Positions 25,501-38,900 of a stretch of DNA of 64,000 nucleotides are shown here, piece after piece. Position 1 is the stretch's first letter. Each line of letters begins with the position of its first letter. This DNA is from Tubulanus polymorphus. Lineage: Eukaryota; Animalia; Nemertea. The notes below the pieces were generated by a model. It ran no database searches, was not told the origin of the DNA, and saw only the letters and a program-made list of their open reading frames with translations. A program made the translations under genes and the position numbers. Location of the stretch: assembly GCF_964204645.1 (NCBI RefSeq), contig NC_134029.1, positions 1,860,001 to 1,924,000 of the forward strand, written 5' to 3'.

Positions 25501-25971
25501 CCTCGCATGCGCCCACAGGTAAGGGACCATTCATTAAGTATGAACAAATGTTTGGGGCTGGGGTCAAAAAGAAAAGAATGACCGGGTATACTACAAATAG
25601 CTCTGTTTGATTGAACTTGTTAAATTGGGTTAATCCAAAACCTGGATGAGAAACCATGGAAATTTCAAAGTGTCTCTAAGGATTATTCTGCTCCAACATT
25701 AATGAAACTCAGTCCAGGAATGTAGTCATAGCTTACAGAAAAATTTTCATTTCTACACAGGCTTTTTGTGTGTATTAGAATTAGAGAAGTTGAATATAAT
25801 ATCTTTCTGTTACAGGAACCAATTCATCTTAGAAATCGAGAGTTGTTATTGCTGAAGGCTCAACTGCAAAAGAGATTGGAGGAATTGCAGCGAAGTTTGG
25901 ATCAGAAGCATATTCGTAGTAATCGACCTGATTCAGCCTCTCCACAGTTATCTCCAGCTGTCCTGGTATGA
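19537..25971 (+). CDS. MTMR2: Myotubularin-related protein 2-like PI3P/PI(3,5)P2 3-phosphatase, 17 core exons
   Basis: Ser-rich exon 19537-19800, PH-GRAM exons ([27 protein letters not shown]), [12 protein letters not shown]|AKGGGYE, catalytic HCSDGWDRS (codons from 24649), coiled-coil last exon 25817-25971 ending in PAVLV* (PDZ-ligand-like). It is probably the co-orthologue of MTM1/MTMR1/MTMR2. Confidence 0.95.
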
Positions 25972-27665
25972 GTCAATTCTCACTCCTATTTAGTGCAATC
26001 AATTGACTCTCTGTGTTTTAAAGAGGAATGTTAGTTGTATTCATTCTCTCAATGAATATCAATAATAGAACTACCGGGGATATTCGTTTTATTACTGTGT
26101 ACATATATATGTACCTGAACTATGTAATTGGAATATGCAATGTATTTATCCGATAATATTTCACTAAATCAAATCATCTCTAATTATAATTGATTATAAA
26201 TGATGCTGCTTTAGGATGAGGAAGAGTAAGTGATAATTGTCGTAGTCTAATCGATGTTGGTTTAGTATTACTCAGTGTTACCTCAATTCTTGTTATACCT
26301 ACCTGTAATCCCCCCTTCAACGCTCTTATTTACCAAGAAATACCTAGATTTTAAGTGAATAAGATTTGTTATTCTATGTACTTATTTCTGCAGGTGTTGC
26401 TTTCTATTCTGCTTCATTATTTTTGTAAATCATGATAAAATCTCTTCTTTCAAAAATGAAAACTTAAGTATTTGCTCTCTTGTGTTGTGTAGGTCAAGAC
26501 TCAAACTGGTGTTGTATCTTAATAGTTCATGGATTTTGATTTAGTACATGTAATAGTTTCATGTTGTTTCTATAGATCATTGCTCAGTGTCTTGTATAAT
26601 GTAATTCGTAGATGGAATCTCAATTGCTTCGAGCCTAAGACTTATATTTCTCTTCAATTTGTAGCATCCTCCTTGAAGAGTGTCCATGTGCAGCAGTTGA
26701 AGCATAGATGACAACTTGTGATTAACTCTTATTTCTAGATTATTTAATCTGTTTGCTTTCTTGCAAATAATTAATGTACAAGTGATATTAAATAATGGTG
26801 CATGATAATCTTTTGCTTGTAATGATAATAATTTTGTACAATTTGTTGTTGTTACGCACATGAATGATGTAAATAATTTTTTTATTTCAATAAACTATAA
26901 CAATAACGAAGAATGCATCTTTATTTACTTCGTTGGAAATATACATGAGGATAAATCATTGTTAAAAAATTATAGAGGGTGGTTATTTTGCAAATGCGGC
27001 ATTATTCGTGTAAAAGCTATTTTGCCAATGGCTATTTTAACTAGTCTGTAGAGTGGATGAATATAATATAAATTGAATTGAATTGTCGATCTCAATCCTT
27101 GACTGCCAGCGATAGAAACGTCGATTGCCACAGTAGCTTACTGTACGGTCGACTAGCGGAATTTATCGGAACTAATATAATGCCACGGTCTGAAGACTAG
27201 CCTTAAACTATTTTTGAAAAACCAAATACAGCTAATTCAACATTAAGAATGAACATCTTATTGTCGGATTTAGATCAGGGTAGTTCAATAGTCTAAACAG
27301 TCCGATGTTAAACTCTCCATTGCGCCAGCCCGCAGGAAGTGTCAGTTCGTAGGAATTCCACTAGTACCGTATGGTGCTGCCATCATCATCAACGTATATG
27401 CGTATTGATTTTGATATTACTAAAATCAGCAATTAGCATGATTACTTAAATCTAATAATCTAATTACAATTTCTCAACATGCCATATAGTTGTAATTCAT
27501 TTTTTTGATGATATTTGTAATCACTTGGTTATTCATGAATCTATTTGATTATTTACCATAGGACTACATTCTCTGGTTGCTAGAGACCGGAAGGATATAG
27601 CGTCATCTCCTGAGCCAACCGGTCTGACAGATTTTGAGTGATAAATTAAGTTGAAATCGAACAAA

Positions 27666-28739
27666 ATGAGCTTAGATACTTCACAAAGGTACGAAGGATC
27701 CTTCCAAAAGAAAAGTTTACAAAAAGCTTTAAATTGGCAGCAAGAACGAATCAAAGTAAGGCATATATTTTTCTCATCATTTTGTTTTTTTCTGTTTTAG
27801 TTTAGGCTTCAATTAAAAAACGTTGTTGACATCTGCTGAACCTACCTGGATCTGACATTCTCTAAGTCAAAAACCCACTAAACCCGTCCCTAGGCCTGTA
27901 TACAGATGAAAAGTTTTGAAATCTAGAATTCATTCAGTCAGAAAGACAAATGTTTCGATCTCATTCTAGAGAGATCATCAGCAGGAATAACTAGAAATGT
28001 ATTTAGTTTATTTATAGGCTTGTCTTCCTCAATTTCAATCTCAATTTCATTTTCAGCGAGATGAATTAATGGCAGCTAGGGAAAATACAGTCAGGAAGTA
28101 AGTCGATCTGTCTCGAGGTTTTCGTTTGTTCGATGAGTTTGAATAGATTTAGTCAAAACTTCGAAACTGTCAGAATAAATTGTTATCCCATAAACTGATG
28201 GTTTTGAGTCTGAAGTACTGAGAATGAGATTGATATCAAAGTCATGTTGAGTCAGTTTCACAAGAAGTTACTGCCTTTACTACCTCAAAAAAATAAAACC
28301 GTTTGTATTTGATTTTTTAGGGAGAAAGAAACGAATTTGAAATCAAACTGGAACGAGTCATTACAGGTAGCAGCTGAAAACCAACGAGTAAAAAATGAAA
28401 TAAAACAAACGAAAGGAGAGTTGAAGATGGCGGGGAAGGCATTAATTGCGGTAGGTGTCAAATCAATTTGTAGACCTAGTTTTATTAATTTGATTGACTT
28501 GTATTTCATCTGATGAGGGGAGATCACCTCGCCTGCAGACGAGGTCATTGGACCCCGAAAACGTTAATAAACTGTTATCACTCATTAGAAAATGAGATAT
28601 ATTGTAATCGCTTCTTTGGATATTTCATACATTTTAGGTAAGAAGAGCTCAGCTGCGACAATTATTGCAAAAAGAATATGCTCTATATGAAGATGAACTC
28701 GGTCAAAGGGGACTTGCGTTTTATATCAACCGTTTGTGA
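27666..28739 (+). CDS. CFAP141: Cilia- and flagella-associated protein 141 (C1orf189), 4 exons
   Basis: Exons 27666-27755, 28057-28097, 28321-28450 and 28638-28739 join in frame. The C-terminus ELKMAGKALIAVRRAQLRQLLQKEYALYEDELGQRGLAFYINRL* matches the CFAP141 pattern. AATAAA at about 28845. Confidence 0.85.
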
Positions 28740-29054
28740 AATGTCTGTGGTGTATTTATTGAGTGAATGATAATCGATGTATTATGTACTTTGTTATCTT
28801 TAGTATTGTAAAAATTCTTAAGAAAAATGTATATTTTGTATTTCAATAAAGTTTACAAAGCTTCAACTACTTGACAGTGTTTTGTGAAATTAGATTTGTG
28901 ACGTTCTTGATGATACAGACAGCAAGATGGGGAGCTATGACTTTACCAAGACTACTGATTCAAACTACATGTACATTGGAAACTACCCGGTATTCTCCTT
29001 CCCACATGGATTGTATCCAAGGCGAAATTTATCCTATCAAATCAAATTTGATTA

Positions 29055-29270
29055 GGCTAAACAAAAATGATACCTTGTTTCTCCGCAGCGGCCGGGTCAT
29101 TTTTGTAAAATATGATAAAATTTATAAACAGTTCATTTCTATAGCGGCCGGGTCTGTTATGGTAAAATTGATCACGATTTTAAAAAAAGTAATATATAGG
29201 GTAGATAGGCGGCCGGGTCAACATTTAAGCTCAGCAGAGCGGAGAAACAAGGTATCAATTTTTTTTAGCC
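29055..29270. mobile_element. Tourist/PIF-Harbinger-like MITE, copy 2
   Basis: Near-identical to 18851-19070, with GGC...GCC ends and TTA flanks. Confidence 0.85.
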
Positions 29271-29988
29271 TTATGCCAGGATTAATTCGGCTCTGTGCTG
29301 ATTTTTGCAAGAAATGGATAGAACATTTCATCACAACGAACTGTTTTCACTACAATTCTATATTTATTCTTCAGTTCATTAACGAAATCTTAATGTTTAT
29401 ATAAAGATTTTTAGCCTAACAGAAAATTAAGCATTCTATTTATACAATATACAATAGTATTATTAATGGTAATAAATTATAAGTTAGAATATTTATTTCC
29501 TTTAAACATTTTTAATGTTTCGCTCTATAAAATCAATATCGAGTACATGTATTTACAGAATTTACATAAATGAAAAGAAAAACAATTAAAAAAACAAACA
29601 TTTTTCAGAACGCTAAAATTCTGACGTTGTGCATTTCATTTTTCAGTAAATAACGATGTTGGTATTTAAAGATTAATCTCTATCTTCAACGATTCATGGA
29701 AAGATATACGGAGCATTTGAGCCATTTTCAGAATGGATCATGCATTGATGAGAATCATGACGTTATAAATGTACTTTATATTTTATACAAAACAGCAGTT
29801 TCTATAAAAAGCTGAGAGATAACAACACTGATCTTACCGACTTAATGCATTTCAAATCACAGTCTTGATTAGACAGTAAATCCTCGCATTTCAAATTTTA
29901 GGCTAGAACGCTGTGCTTTTCAGAAAGTCCAGCTCTTCAAACCATCTCAGTCAAAATCAAGGGGGTATCACCACCAAGTATTTTCTCT

Positions 29989-32900
29989 TCACCTGTTATT
30001 CGGTATTTCGTTCGAAATTTCGGGTGAAATATGCTTCATACCACACGGAAGTGCTGGTTTATGTGCGTCAGTGCATGAAGGATACTTATTCTGAAATGAA
30101 ATATATGTACATACAGTAAAACCTGGATTGACCTTTCAAATCATGTTTCATCAGTTTCAAACTTACCGCGATGCATTGCCATTTCTTCTGTACTTGCTGA
30201 ACTAATTTGAAATGCATTTTCCATTTCTTATACGATTCTATGAATTCACACCTCAAAAAATCGTCACCAGACCCCTCACATTCTACAGAACACAATTAAC
30301 AGAGGGATTTCAAGAGTTCTATATCAAATGGTTCTCACTAGTTTGAAGGAAGTGAAGTAAGTTACCTGTCATTATGATTTTATATCTGACAAGATTGAAT
30401 TTAATGTCATTTTCGCTGGATTGACATGTAAATGTATTATTTCTCATATCCAACGTTACATTCAAAATTATCAATCCGTCGTCTTTAGTGAATAGGTAAT
30501 CTGAACTCGGTTTGATAGCAACTTCATTGCGGAACCAGGTTACTGGTGAGCTCGTTGTTTGACGACCGTTGCAGGGTAGATTTGCGGCATTACCGGGCAT
30601 TGTTACATGAACATCTTGAATTGTACACTTACAAACGCTTGGTTCCAAAATATTTTGGAGAAGTCTGAAAAATATATTTCAATGAATTTTGCTATCAAGT
30701 TTATTGTGTCAGAAATATTAGTCAACAAGTGAATAGTTAAACCCATACTCTTCACGGAGAATTAGTTTAGCTCGATCTGTACGACTTACCCAGGGGTTAA
30801 ATGAAGAAACAACCAGTGGTGTCAAAATAATAAATTCTATCGTATAATTTTAAATTCGAAGTGTGGGATTTCTTCATTTATCTGCAGTGTACACGGATTA
30901 TGGTGTTTATTCGACGACTTACCCAGGGGTGAATTTCTGACAAGTTTTTGTCGAATTATTCCAACCACAATAAGGATCTCTTATACACAAATGACACGAC
31001 TGATAATGTACATTGGAGCATTGATTCACACCCAACTGTAAAACCTTCTCATCGGTTCCTATATACAAACTATCACCCTAAAAAAAATTCCATAAAATTC
31101 CATAAAAAACAAATGACTTTAGACACATTTAGATTATTCAGACAAACACATGTGGTTGCTGTATTCTTTTAAAAATCGCTTCTACAATAGCATTTTTAAG
31201 TTAATGAACGCAATTTATTTTGTCTGGTACATACGTGTAATTTGAAACTCCAAATTAGCGTCCGTTTATTGAATAACTGCCATTTGGCCAACAAATGATG
31301 TCGTACTCGTGTGGGATTTTTCTCCGTCCATGTAACCAGTTTGTAAATATTACCATGATCTACAGAAATATCATATTACGTAACTAAAGTATCATATACT
31401 GTTCCCCCCCCCAAAATTCCATTTTTATCTTTAGATTTATCAAGCTTGATGGCATAAAAATTATCATTGTTTGCTGTGCCTAACATTGACTTACCGGTTG
31501 CTAGGTAATAAACAGTTTTGCCATTGACAATATGAACGGCTATTTTCCGGTAAACACTGGATGTTGTGTAATATACAGCGTCCAAGTTGTCGTTTGGTTC
31601 GACAGATTTTTCAGTTAACAGATAATCGTGGGTCATCGTTAAAAGCGTGTTGTTTTTAGCATCAGCATCTGTGCGACCACACTAGAAAATATCATGTATA
31701 GAACTAAACAATGACTGAAATCGTGAATGAATTGAATTCATACTAATGCTTTTTAAAACATACCCTCTTTATTCGATGCAGATTGACTAGGTCTGGACCA
31801 ACAGGAAGTGGTTCTATTTTCATATCATTGAGTTTGAGCAAATTTGAATTATCTAATATATTGTTGATGTTCTCCACATCGTATTCACAAATTGCTGAAG
31901 CGTCTAAACCTCCGTTTCTGAAATCGTAGATAAACATTAGAAGTCTTCCATAAGAAATGGCAAATGATGGAGGTATAATTCATATGATATATACTCACAA
32001 TCCGGAATTCGTCGCAAATGTGGCATAGAAAGTGTCATTAATTAGGAAAACATCCTCTGAAGAGATTTTCAATCATTTTCATTGAGCGTTAATCAAGACA
32101 GAAATTCAGATGATATTGAAATTTATTTCACTTACGCAAATGATCAAATGCATTCGGTTTATAATTTGGAATGGTACATTTCAGCCTTGCCTTAACATAC
32201 GTAAACCACACAAAGAAATTTAAATAATATGTTGCAGGGATTTGACTGTCATTCTAAAAAAACCAAGAAGTTGTGATAATTATACCGGCTCAATTTGAAA
32301 TTTGTAGAAGGTATTATATGTGTATATATACCTTGCAAACTCTAGCGACTCGAGCGTAGCTTTTAGAATGGCCATCTCCTAGTTCCACGGCTACTTCTCT
32401 ATACCAGAAATATACGTAATCGCCCCATTCGTAGGAGCCAACAAAATCAACCGGTGCTGAAATAAATCAAACAAAGCCTGATTAACAAAAGATCTGATTC
32501 TGGTGGAATTTCATGCAGAGCAAAATAAGATATTTCGAGCAAGTACGTAAAATGATTTGTCAATCTTCCACCCACCATTCAGACCCATTCTAGATTGTCG
32601 TTGATTCTTAGTTCTCAATACATCTTCAATCCTAGAAATCACTGGATCCATATCATTCACTGACTGTTGTGGAAAACCATAGTAATACATTGGAATGTTC
32701 TTCGGGTTTCCTTTTTCTGCCAGAAAAAAACAATGATCGTTCACGGGTGAATGCTTGATTTGATACGTTAACGAGGGATACAACTCGTAACTCAACTCAC
32801 GACTAATGAACTGGTGGGGTGGGGTGGTCCTGCAGGGGTGTTGATTTCAGCCAAAATACAGGGCCATAGACTACATATAGACTGGTATCATCTTTAACCC

Positions 32901-35605
32901 GGGGGTTAAATTGACTGGAAATGAATTGATTTAGCCCCCGGGTTAAAGTTAATACCAGTACATAAAACCGGGCCCCGGAATACTATATGTATATCCATGA
33001 AGACAAGTGCATATACAGAATGCTCAATTAGTATTCAGTACTTTTGGTAAATAGTGAATAATTAGAGGTCACCTTGAACTATCAACCATTCGTCACGATA
33101 ATTACAGCATATAGCAGCTATCTGTATGTTTATTACTGTATATTTATGGTTGCATGATCGGGAAATAGATATAGGTCTACTAGTTTATTAAGTGACGACG
33201 AAAAACCTTCACATTTCAAGAATTCTAACTTACCCACCCACAGCATAGTGGAATTATGGTTTGGGTCGTAGGGACATTTCGTTGTAAGTTTATTCGGTAC
33301 GGTTGAATGAGTAAGATTATTCTAAAAAAAAACAGTGAAAACATAATCTGTCAGTAAGGGAAACATGTGACTTAAGCAATCGACGAAAACAGGTCTGAGA
33401 AATCAAAAAGACTATTCTTATTTCAGCATTAGCATCAGTAAAATGTTTATTCTTACAACTAAATGTTTGTTCTTTTTGTAAGTTGTATTCTTTATTCGTG
33501 GATTCCTCGAGGAAACAATAGATAAACCAATCGTGAGGGAACGTTTACAGCAAGTTTACAATAGACGAGCGCTCGTTCTCAATCAATGAAAATAATGCCA
33601 TAAGCAAATACTTTGTCGACCAGCAATAATAAATAAATATTTATTTGCCTGTCTTAATGTGTTTGATTTACAATTTTCGAAATGAGACATGCAACAGATC
33701 CTGATAACAGTTGTATTGAATATACGTGGTTATCCAGAGGTCAGACAGAAATAAATTGGCATCAATTTAAACAACACAGTTTGCGATGTGTTCGTATAAT
33801 CATCTAAATGTCAAACCAGAATATCAAACATAATCTCGTATTGTATAAACTGCTCGATTAAAAAGGTTTACGGTTATTCGTATGCAGACTCCGAACTATG
33901 GGTAAGTCCTATACAAACCTGGTTCAGAGTAAATGCTATCGGACTCTGTCCCCCTGTACCGCAAATAAACAACAAATCCTTTTCTTGTACGATGAAACGT
34001 ATATGATTTTGGCACTCAAGCTTATCCTGAAAAAAATTATAATTCCTCAAATAAAATCATCACTAAATCAATAAGATTCAATATGTAATGCAGTTCTGCT
34101 TACAGTTTTACACGTTGATGCGACTGATGGTTTTATTTCTTCCGATGATAAAGGCTGAATTGAAAATATATATATTATAGCACATGTTCATCTACATCCT
34201 TAATTTTACCACAACATGCTCGTCTCTGATTCACGTTTTTACCTGTTTGCTAATATCTGACAGGTCCAGCCTGTAGACATAATTTCTGAAAACAGAATAT
34301 GTACGCAAATTTTAATTTTTCAAGAAAAAATGTATCACGGGTAGAATTGAATTTCGAGTAACTTACTGAGCTCCTACATAAAGTGTTTGACTCTCTTCAT
34401 CCACAGTCAAATATCGGTAATAACCAAATTTGGATTTTAGTTGTTCGTTCACAAATGAGCGAGGACGAAGAGCTATAATACAGAAGGAGTTCTTTTTTAT
34501 TACTTAAATTCTAACCTTACAAGGATGTGGAAATGTATAAGATACTTAACAAATTTTAGTTTTACGAAGAAATCTTACTCGTTCGCATATAGTGGAAATG
34601 GGTTTCCCATAAAAAAATGCCATTTTACGCGCGAGTGCATGATATTACAGAGAATTGTGTACATAACCAGGAGAATTCAGGAAAATGTTGTTTTCAGAAC
34701 TGGTCGAGGGGAAGAGGGATCCTCACCACTACGGTGTATGTTCAGTGAATCATAGAATGTACTTCATACTTGGAGAGATGTTCAACAGGTAAAGCAGGTA
34801 TGGAAGGAGTACAGTACCAGGTAAAACTAGTGATTAACGCACACCAGTTGGAAGAATTTACCGTTAAAAATATCATACCCACAGATATTGACATCAATTT
34901 ATACCACTTTATACGAGTTTTTTTTTTCTCGCTAAAAATAAATACAGTTTAATAAAGCAGGATTCCACATCGACTGCGATTTGAACTGTAATTCGGAACC
35001 AGATGAAAGTGAATGAAATCCCTCTCTATACATACGGGTAGAAAATCGAAGTACTTGATAACACCAACGTTTTATAAAATCTACCGGGTACTCATTCATT
35101 GCGGTTTGATATCGTTACCGTGAAACGTTTTTCGAATACAATAAAGTTCTTTTTTACAATAGTTTTTGCGGTTTCTACAAATGATTCTCACGTATAAATG
35201 ATGATAAAAAGCGTGGGATTCTCGTGTCCGGAAACTGGTGATTGATTTGAATAATTTTCCTCCACATCATCAAAAACACGTAAGAGTCCATTAATTGTAA
35301 TTATGTATAAACGAATTAATTATCGTTATTGCAGAAGCATTTTTTATCAATCAGTGTAGATCATTGTTTTTATAGAATGACAGACAGAATACTAATGAGG
35401 CGGTTGAACTGTTCTGAAAGACATGCACAAAAATACAATTTACGATGAAGGTTTTCATCTAGAGCTTACCGTCTCTGGGAATGACAATAGGATACGTCGC
35501 TGGTTCTCCAAATGTCCACAAATTGAAAATCACTACAAATTGCACAAGAAGAACACAGCTCCACGATATCCGGCATGGTCCTAGAATTGCGTAACTAGTC
35601 AACAT
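29989..35605 (-). CDS. Secreted class-2 semaphorin (signal peptide, Sema, PSI, Ig, C-terminal tail)
   Basis: First exon 35605-35470 encodes a signal-peptide-like sequence (MLTSYAILGPCRISWSCVLLVQFVVIFNLWTFG). Sema motifs LYVGA, CPYDPNHNST, WVEKGNP, FVGSY..GDYVYFWYREVAVE, ARVARVCK, KARLKC and SAICEY follow, then PSI (CIRDPYCGW) and Ig (ANLPC..VTWFRN..FTCQ). No transmembrane segment; last exon 30090-29989. Confidence 0.88.
32861..32975. mobile_element. Palindromic MITE-like element in a semaphorin intron
   Basis: Long inverted repeat ACTGGTAT..CTTTAACCCGGGGGTTAAAT ... ATTTAGCCCCCGGGTTAAAG..ATACCAGT. Confidence 0.6.
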
Positions 35606-35839
35606 TATTCTTATAATCCATCAAGCAACCAGACCTCAAAACAACAATCCAGTAGTTCACCGATCATAGTCTGGATAATTCTGTAACCAGAATTCCGAAG
35701 TAATGAAAACCAATTTCGATCGTGTTTTAAGAAGTTCTAGACAGTTCAGAGTTGAATCCTATGATGCGTTACATGACATTATACGTATCGTGTAAGCATC
35801 GTCAGCATCGTCTAAGTTTCTGTGAATCAGAAGAGAATA

Positions 35840-35906
35840 TCTCTCTCCTCTCTCTCTCTCTCTCTTGCGCCTCTCACTCTCACTCTCTCTCTTTCACCCT
35901 CTTTCT
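35840..35906 (+). repeat. (CT)n microsatellite upstream of the semaphorin coding start
   Basis: Imperfect CT tract visible in the sequence. Confidence 0.8.
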
Positions 35907-38900
35907 ACAGTCTGTTCTAGTAGTTGTTACTTCAGTATTTCAGTAGTAAACCTCACCTGTAAGTAAACAAAGTATTTGTAATGCTTTCATTACATGAACT
36001 ATTCGTTAATTAATTCTTCAAGTAACGTATGACGGATGCCGGTTATAAAGAATTTTGAATTGTTTCGATCAATTACACGTTTCAAACAATCTATCAAAAA
36101 TGGATCCGACAGTTAATGCCGTATCGGAACATGAACTTGATTGGGAAACACCTATCCCTTTAATCTGAGCTGGGGTAACCCCGAAGGGTCCCCAAGGGAT
36201 GTAAAACTAAGATGGTGGTCATCGTATTATCTTTCCTTTACTGAATCGACTTTTTGATTCAATTTTCTCAACAAAACAGTAATTTTGCCTATACAAAGTA
36301 CAAGACATTCAAGGTTGAATGAAACTGTTAAGTTATTAGAAAAATCATTCTCAGGAATATCATCGTTATAAACACCTGTATAACAGATTAATATACACAT
36401 GAAATAGATTGGGTTCAATTGGTCGTAAAGTTATGTTTAGTAATCTTGATGAAGATGTAATGAATACGAGATTTACTGTCAGAGTTTGTACCTAATCAAC
36501 CGTTACGTAAACTAGTTGAATCATCGTTTCAGAAAACCGTTACATTTTGGCCTCCGGCCATACGCCGGACATTAGAATGAAACTACATTCATGATATCAA
36601 TATTTCTTTGATCTTTTTTGCCTGGTGCTTAGTTAGAGATGGTTTAGTTTTGTTCAATTCTTACGTAGTCTATGTTCTCCCAGAAAATGTTATACATGAA
36701 TCATATCCACAAGTATGATTTTTAAAAAGTGACATTTAGTGGTTCTATAAGTGGATGATATCTTAACGATGAGAGAAGTCCTGCAGCTAGAAACCCACAA
36801 TGAATACGTTTATGTTTGAAGCAAATATTTACTATTTCTGCAATATGTGAAAAATATTTCAAGTTCTTCTTTAAACATGGTATGTTCCATAGAAATACGA
36901 AGTGCTTTATTAAGTGAATGTTCACACGAGCTTGCGGTCCTGAACTGCCAAAATGGTGGCTCCTCTGTAATCCTAGATGTATTCGGTATGACCAATAAAT
37001 ATGTTGATATGGAGGAAAACTTGCCTGGGCTATTCCCAGGTCTGCGCAGTCTATAAAGATACTCTTCTCACTGTTTGCCATCTGTTCACGCATTTCTATG
37101 TGTATCGTATACGTAGGAAATATGGCAGATTTTAGAAAATAAAAACGAATCTCGACGTGCAGGTGGAAAACACGAAAATAAAGAAAACAATGACGAGCAT
37201 TTTGAAGAATATGTGAAGCTTGCATCAACGAACTACAGAATAGACACGATGAAGTTAAGAAAAAAGATTGCGTAGGAAGAAAGAAGACTTTGATCTTTTA
37301 GGAAGACATTGAACGGGTTTCTTCAAGCTGCGAACATACAAAATTCTTTTGCATAGTACGATAGACCATTGACTTCGTTGTTAGACTGACTAAATTTCTA
37401 GAAAAAATATTTTGGATAAGTCGACAAAAATACGACGAAACATGAACAGTTACAACACGAGGGATTGTGTCATCTATTAATCTCCGAACTCATTTAGAAT
37501 CAAGCAGTAATAACTTGCAGACATTGGAAACTTGTTTGAAGAAACGGGTTTGAACTTTTTACAAGGTGTAAATGTCGGAGAGTCTGAAGAATATCGCAAC
37601 AACCACCAGACTCACTATAATCATTTACCTGAAACTATCGATAACATTCCAGTTAATTCGGTTGTAAAATACAGAAAAAACGAACATGGCTGAAAAATTC
37701 AGTTGAACGTGTTGTTGTAGGTTTTATAATCGTAAATTTGTATTTCCACACACCAAAAAAAACAAGATCGTAAAAACTCAAACCACAAACTGATTCATTG
37801 CTTTGAAGTCTGTATCTACAACACAACCAGCCATCCTGTTGAAAGGAAAAATAGGTCCATGGACCACCCTTTATCAATCAAAGCGAGTAGAATACTTCAT
37901 ACATGTTTTTGAGGCCAAAAGGTCTGATTCTCAGGAAATGACCACAGGTACGTGAAGGTCATCATTAGCGTGATCCGGATGTTTTGCTGGACACCGGAAT
38001 ATTTTCCCCATAACTTCAGACAATAAACTACACTATAATTCTCCAGAAGCTCAACCTTAATCAAATAAATGCGGTAAAAATTCTGGGTAAGCCAAACAGG
38101 TTATCAAAATACCTGTAAATTACTGAGGTCTGATGAACAGACACTACACCGGTGAGGTGAGGGGTGGGGGCTGAAATTGAACAGACACTTGTGAAAGAAA
38201 CTACTACTCAGACAGTATACAACACACCTGCATTTAATCATAGGTAATCTGAAAATACGGCGAATATACCAGCATGCTGCAAAAGAATTTGAAATATAAA
38301 TGTCTATCAGGATTGTATGTATTGGCACCTGGGAATCGAGGGTTGGGAATTTCATCAGAATCGGAGAAGCACGAACTTCGAATGTTCTGGGTGTTCAGGA
38401 TTTATCTGTTCCAACGAGCTTTCAAACACAGTATCAACATCTTGCCTAAATGAATTGGTAAATAAGGCAAAATATAAAACATTTTGGAGAAACATGTTCG
38501 ATTTCTACACGTTATGAATTATCGACAGTTAACGTTTATGGTCAGAGAGAGAATGAATGTGAATGAGGAGAAATCTGAAATCAATTTATAGCTTGAAAAT
38601 CCAGCAGAACATTGAATACTATTCGCTAATGATTTCAACGTTGGCAATTAGACAAGAATATCAAATCAAATGTGCAGGTGGATTAAATCAGTACACGCAA
38701 TTACAACCTGTCAGAGTCAGGTTCTCACGGCTACAACATCATCATCAGCGCCATTCAACCTCTCCTCGTGGCGTTTAAAAAGTGAACGTTATGTTACGTA
38801 AACTCTGTAAGATCTAAACCAACTCGCGAATGTTTTATATTATCCTCCTAGTACGATTAGGAGCTGTAGAATGGGATCTACGCCATGTTCCTCACGCTCT

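Noticed and set aside
28871-29404. 177-aa ORF, and the related 92-aa ORF at 18871-19149 sharing FLRSGRVIFVKYDK
   Set aside because: The shared peptide is a translation of the MITE. There are no transposase motifs, so these are not genes.
33075-33185. Possible relic or alternative semaphorin exon (..NYRDEWLI..) in an intron
   Set aside because: Stops interrupt the frames and the similarity is too short to support.
36722-37228. 168-aa minus-strand ORF
   Set aside because: No recognisable domain or splice context; probably the antisense of decayed coding-like sequence.
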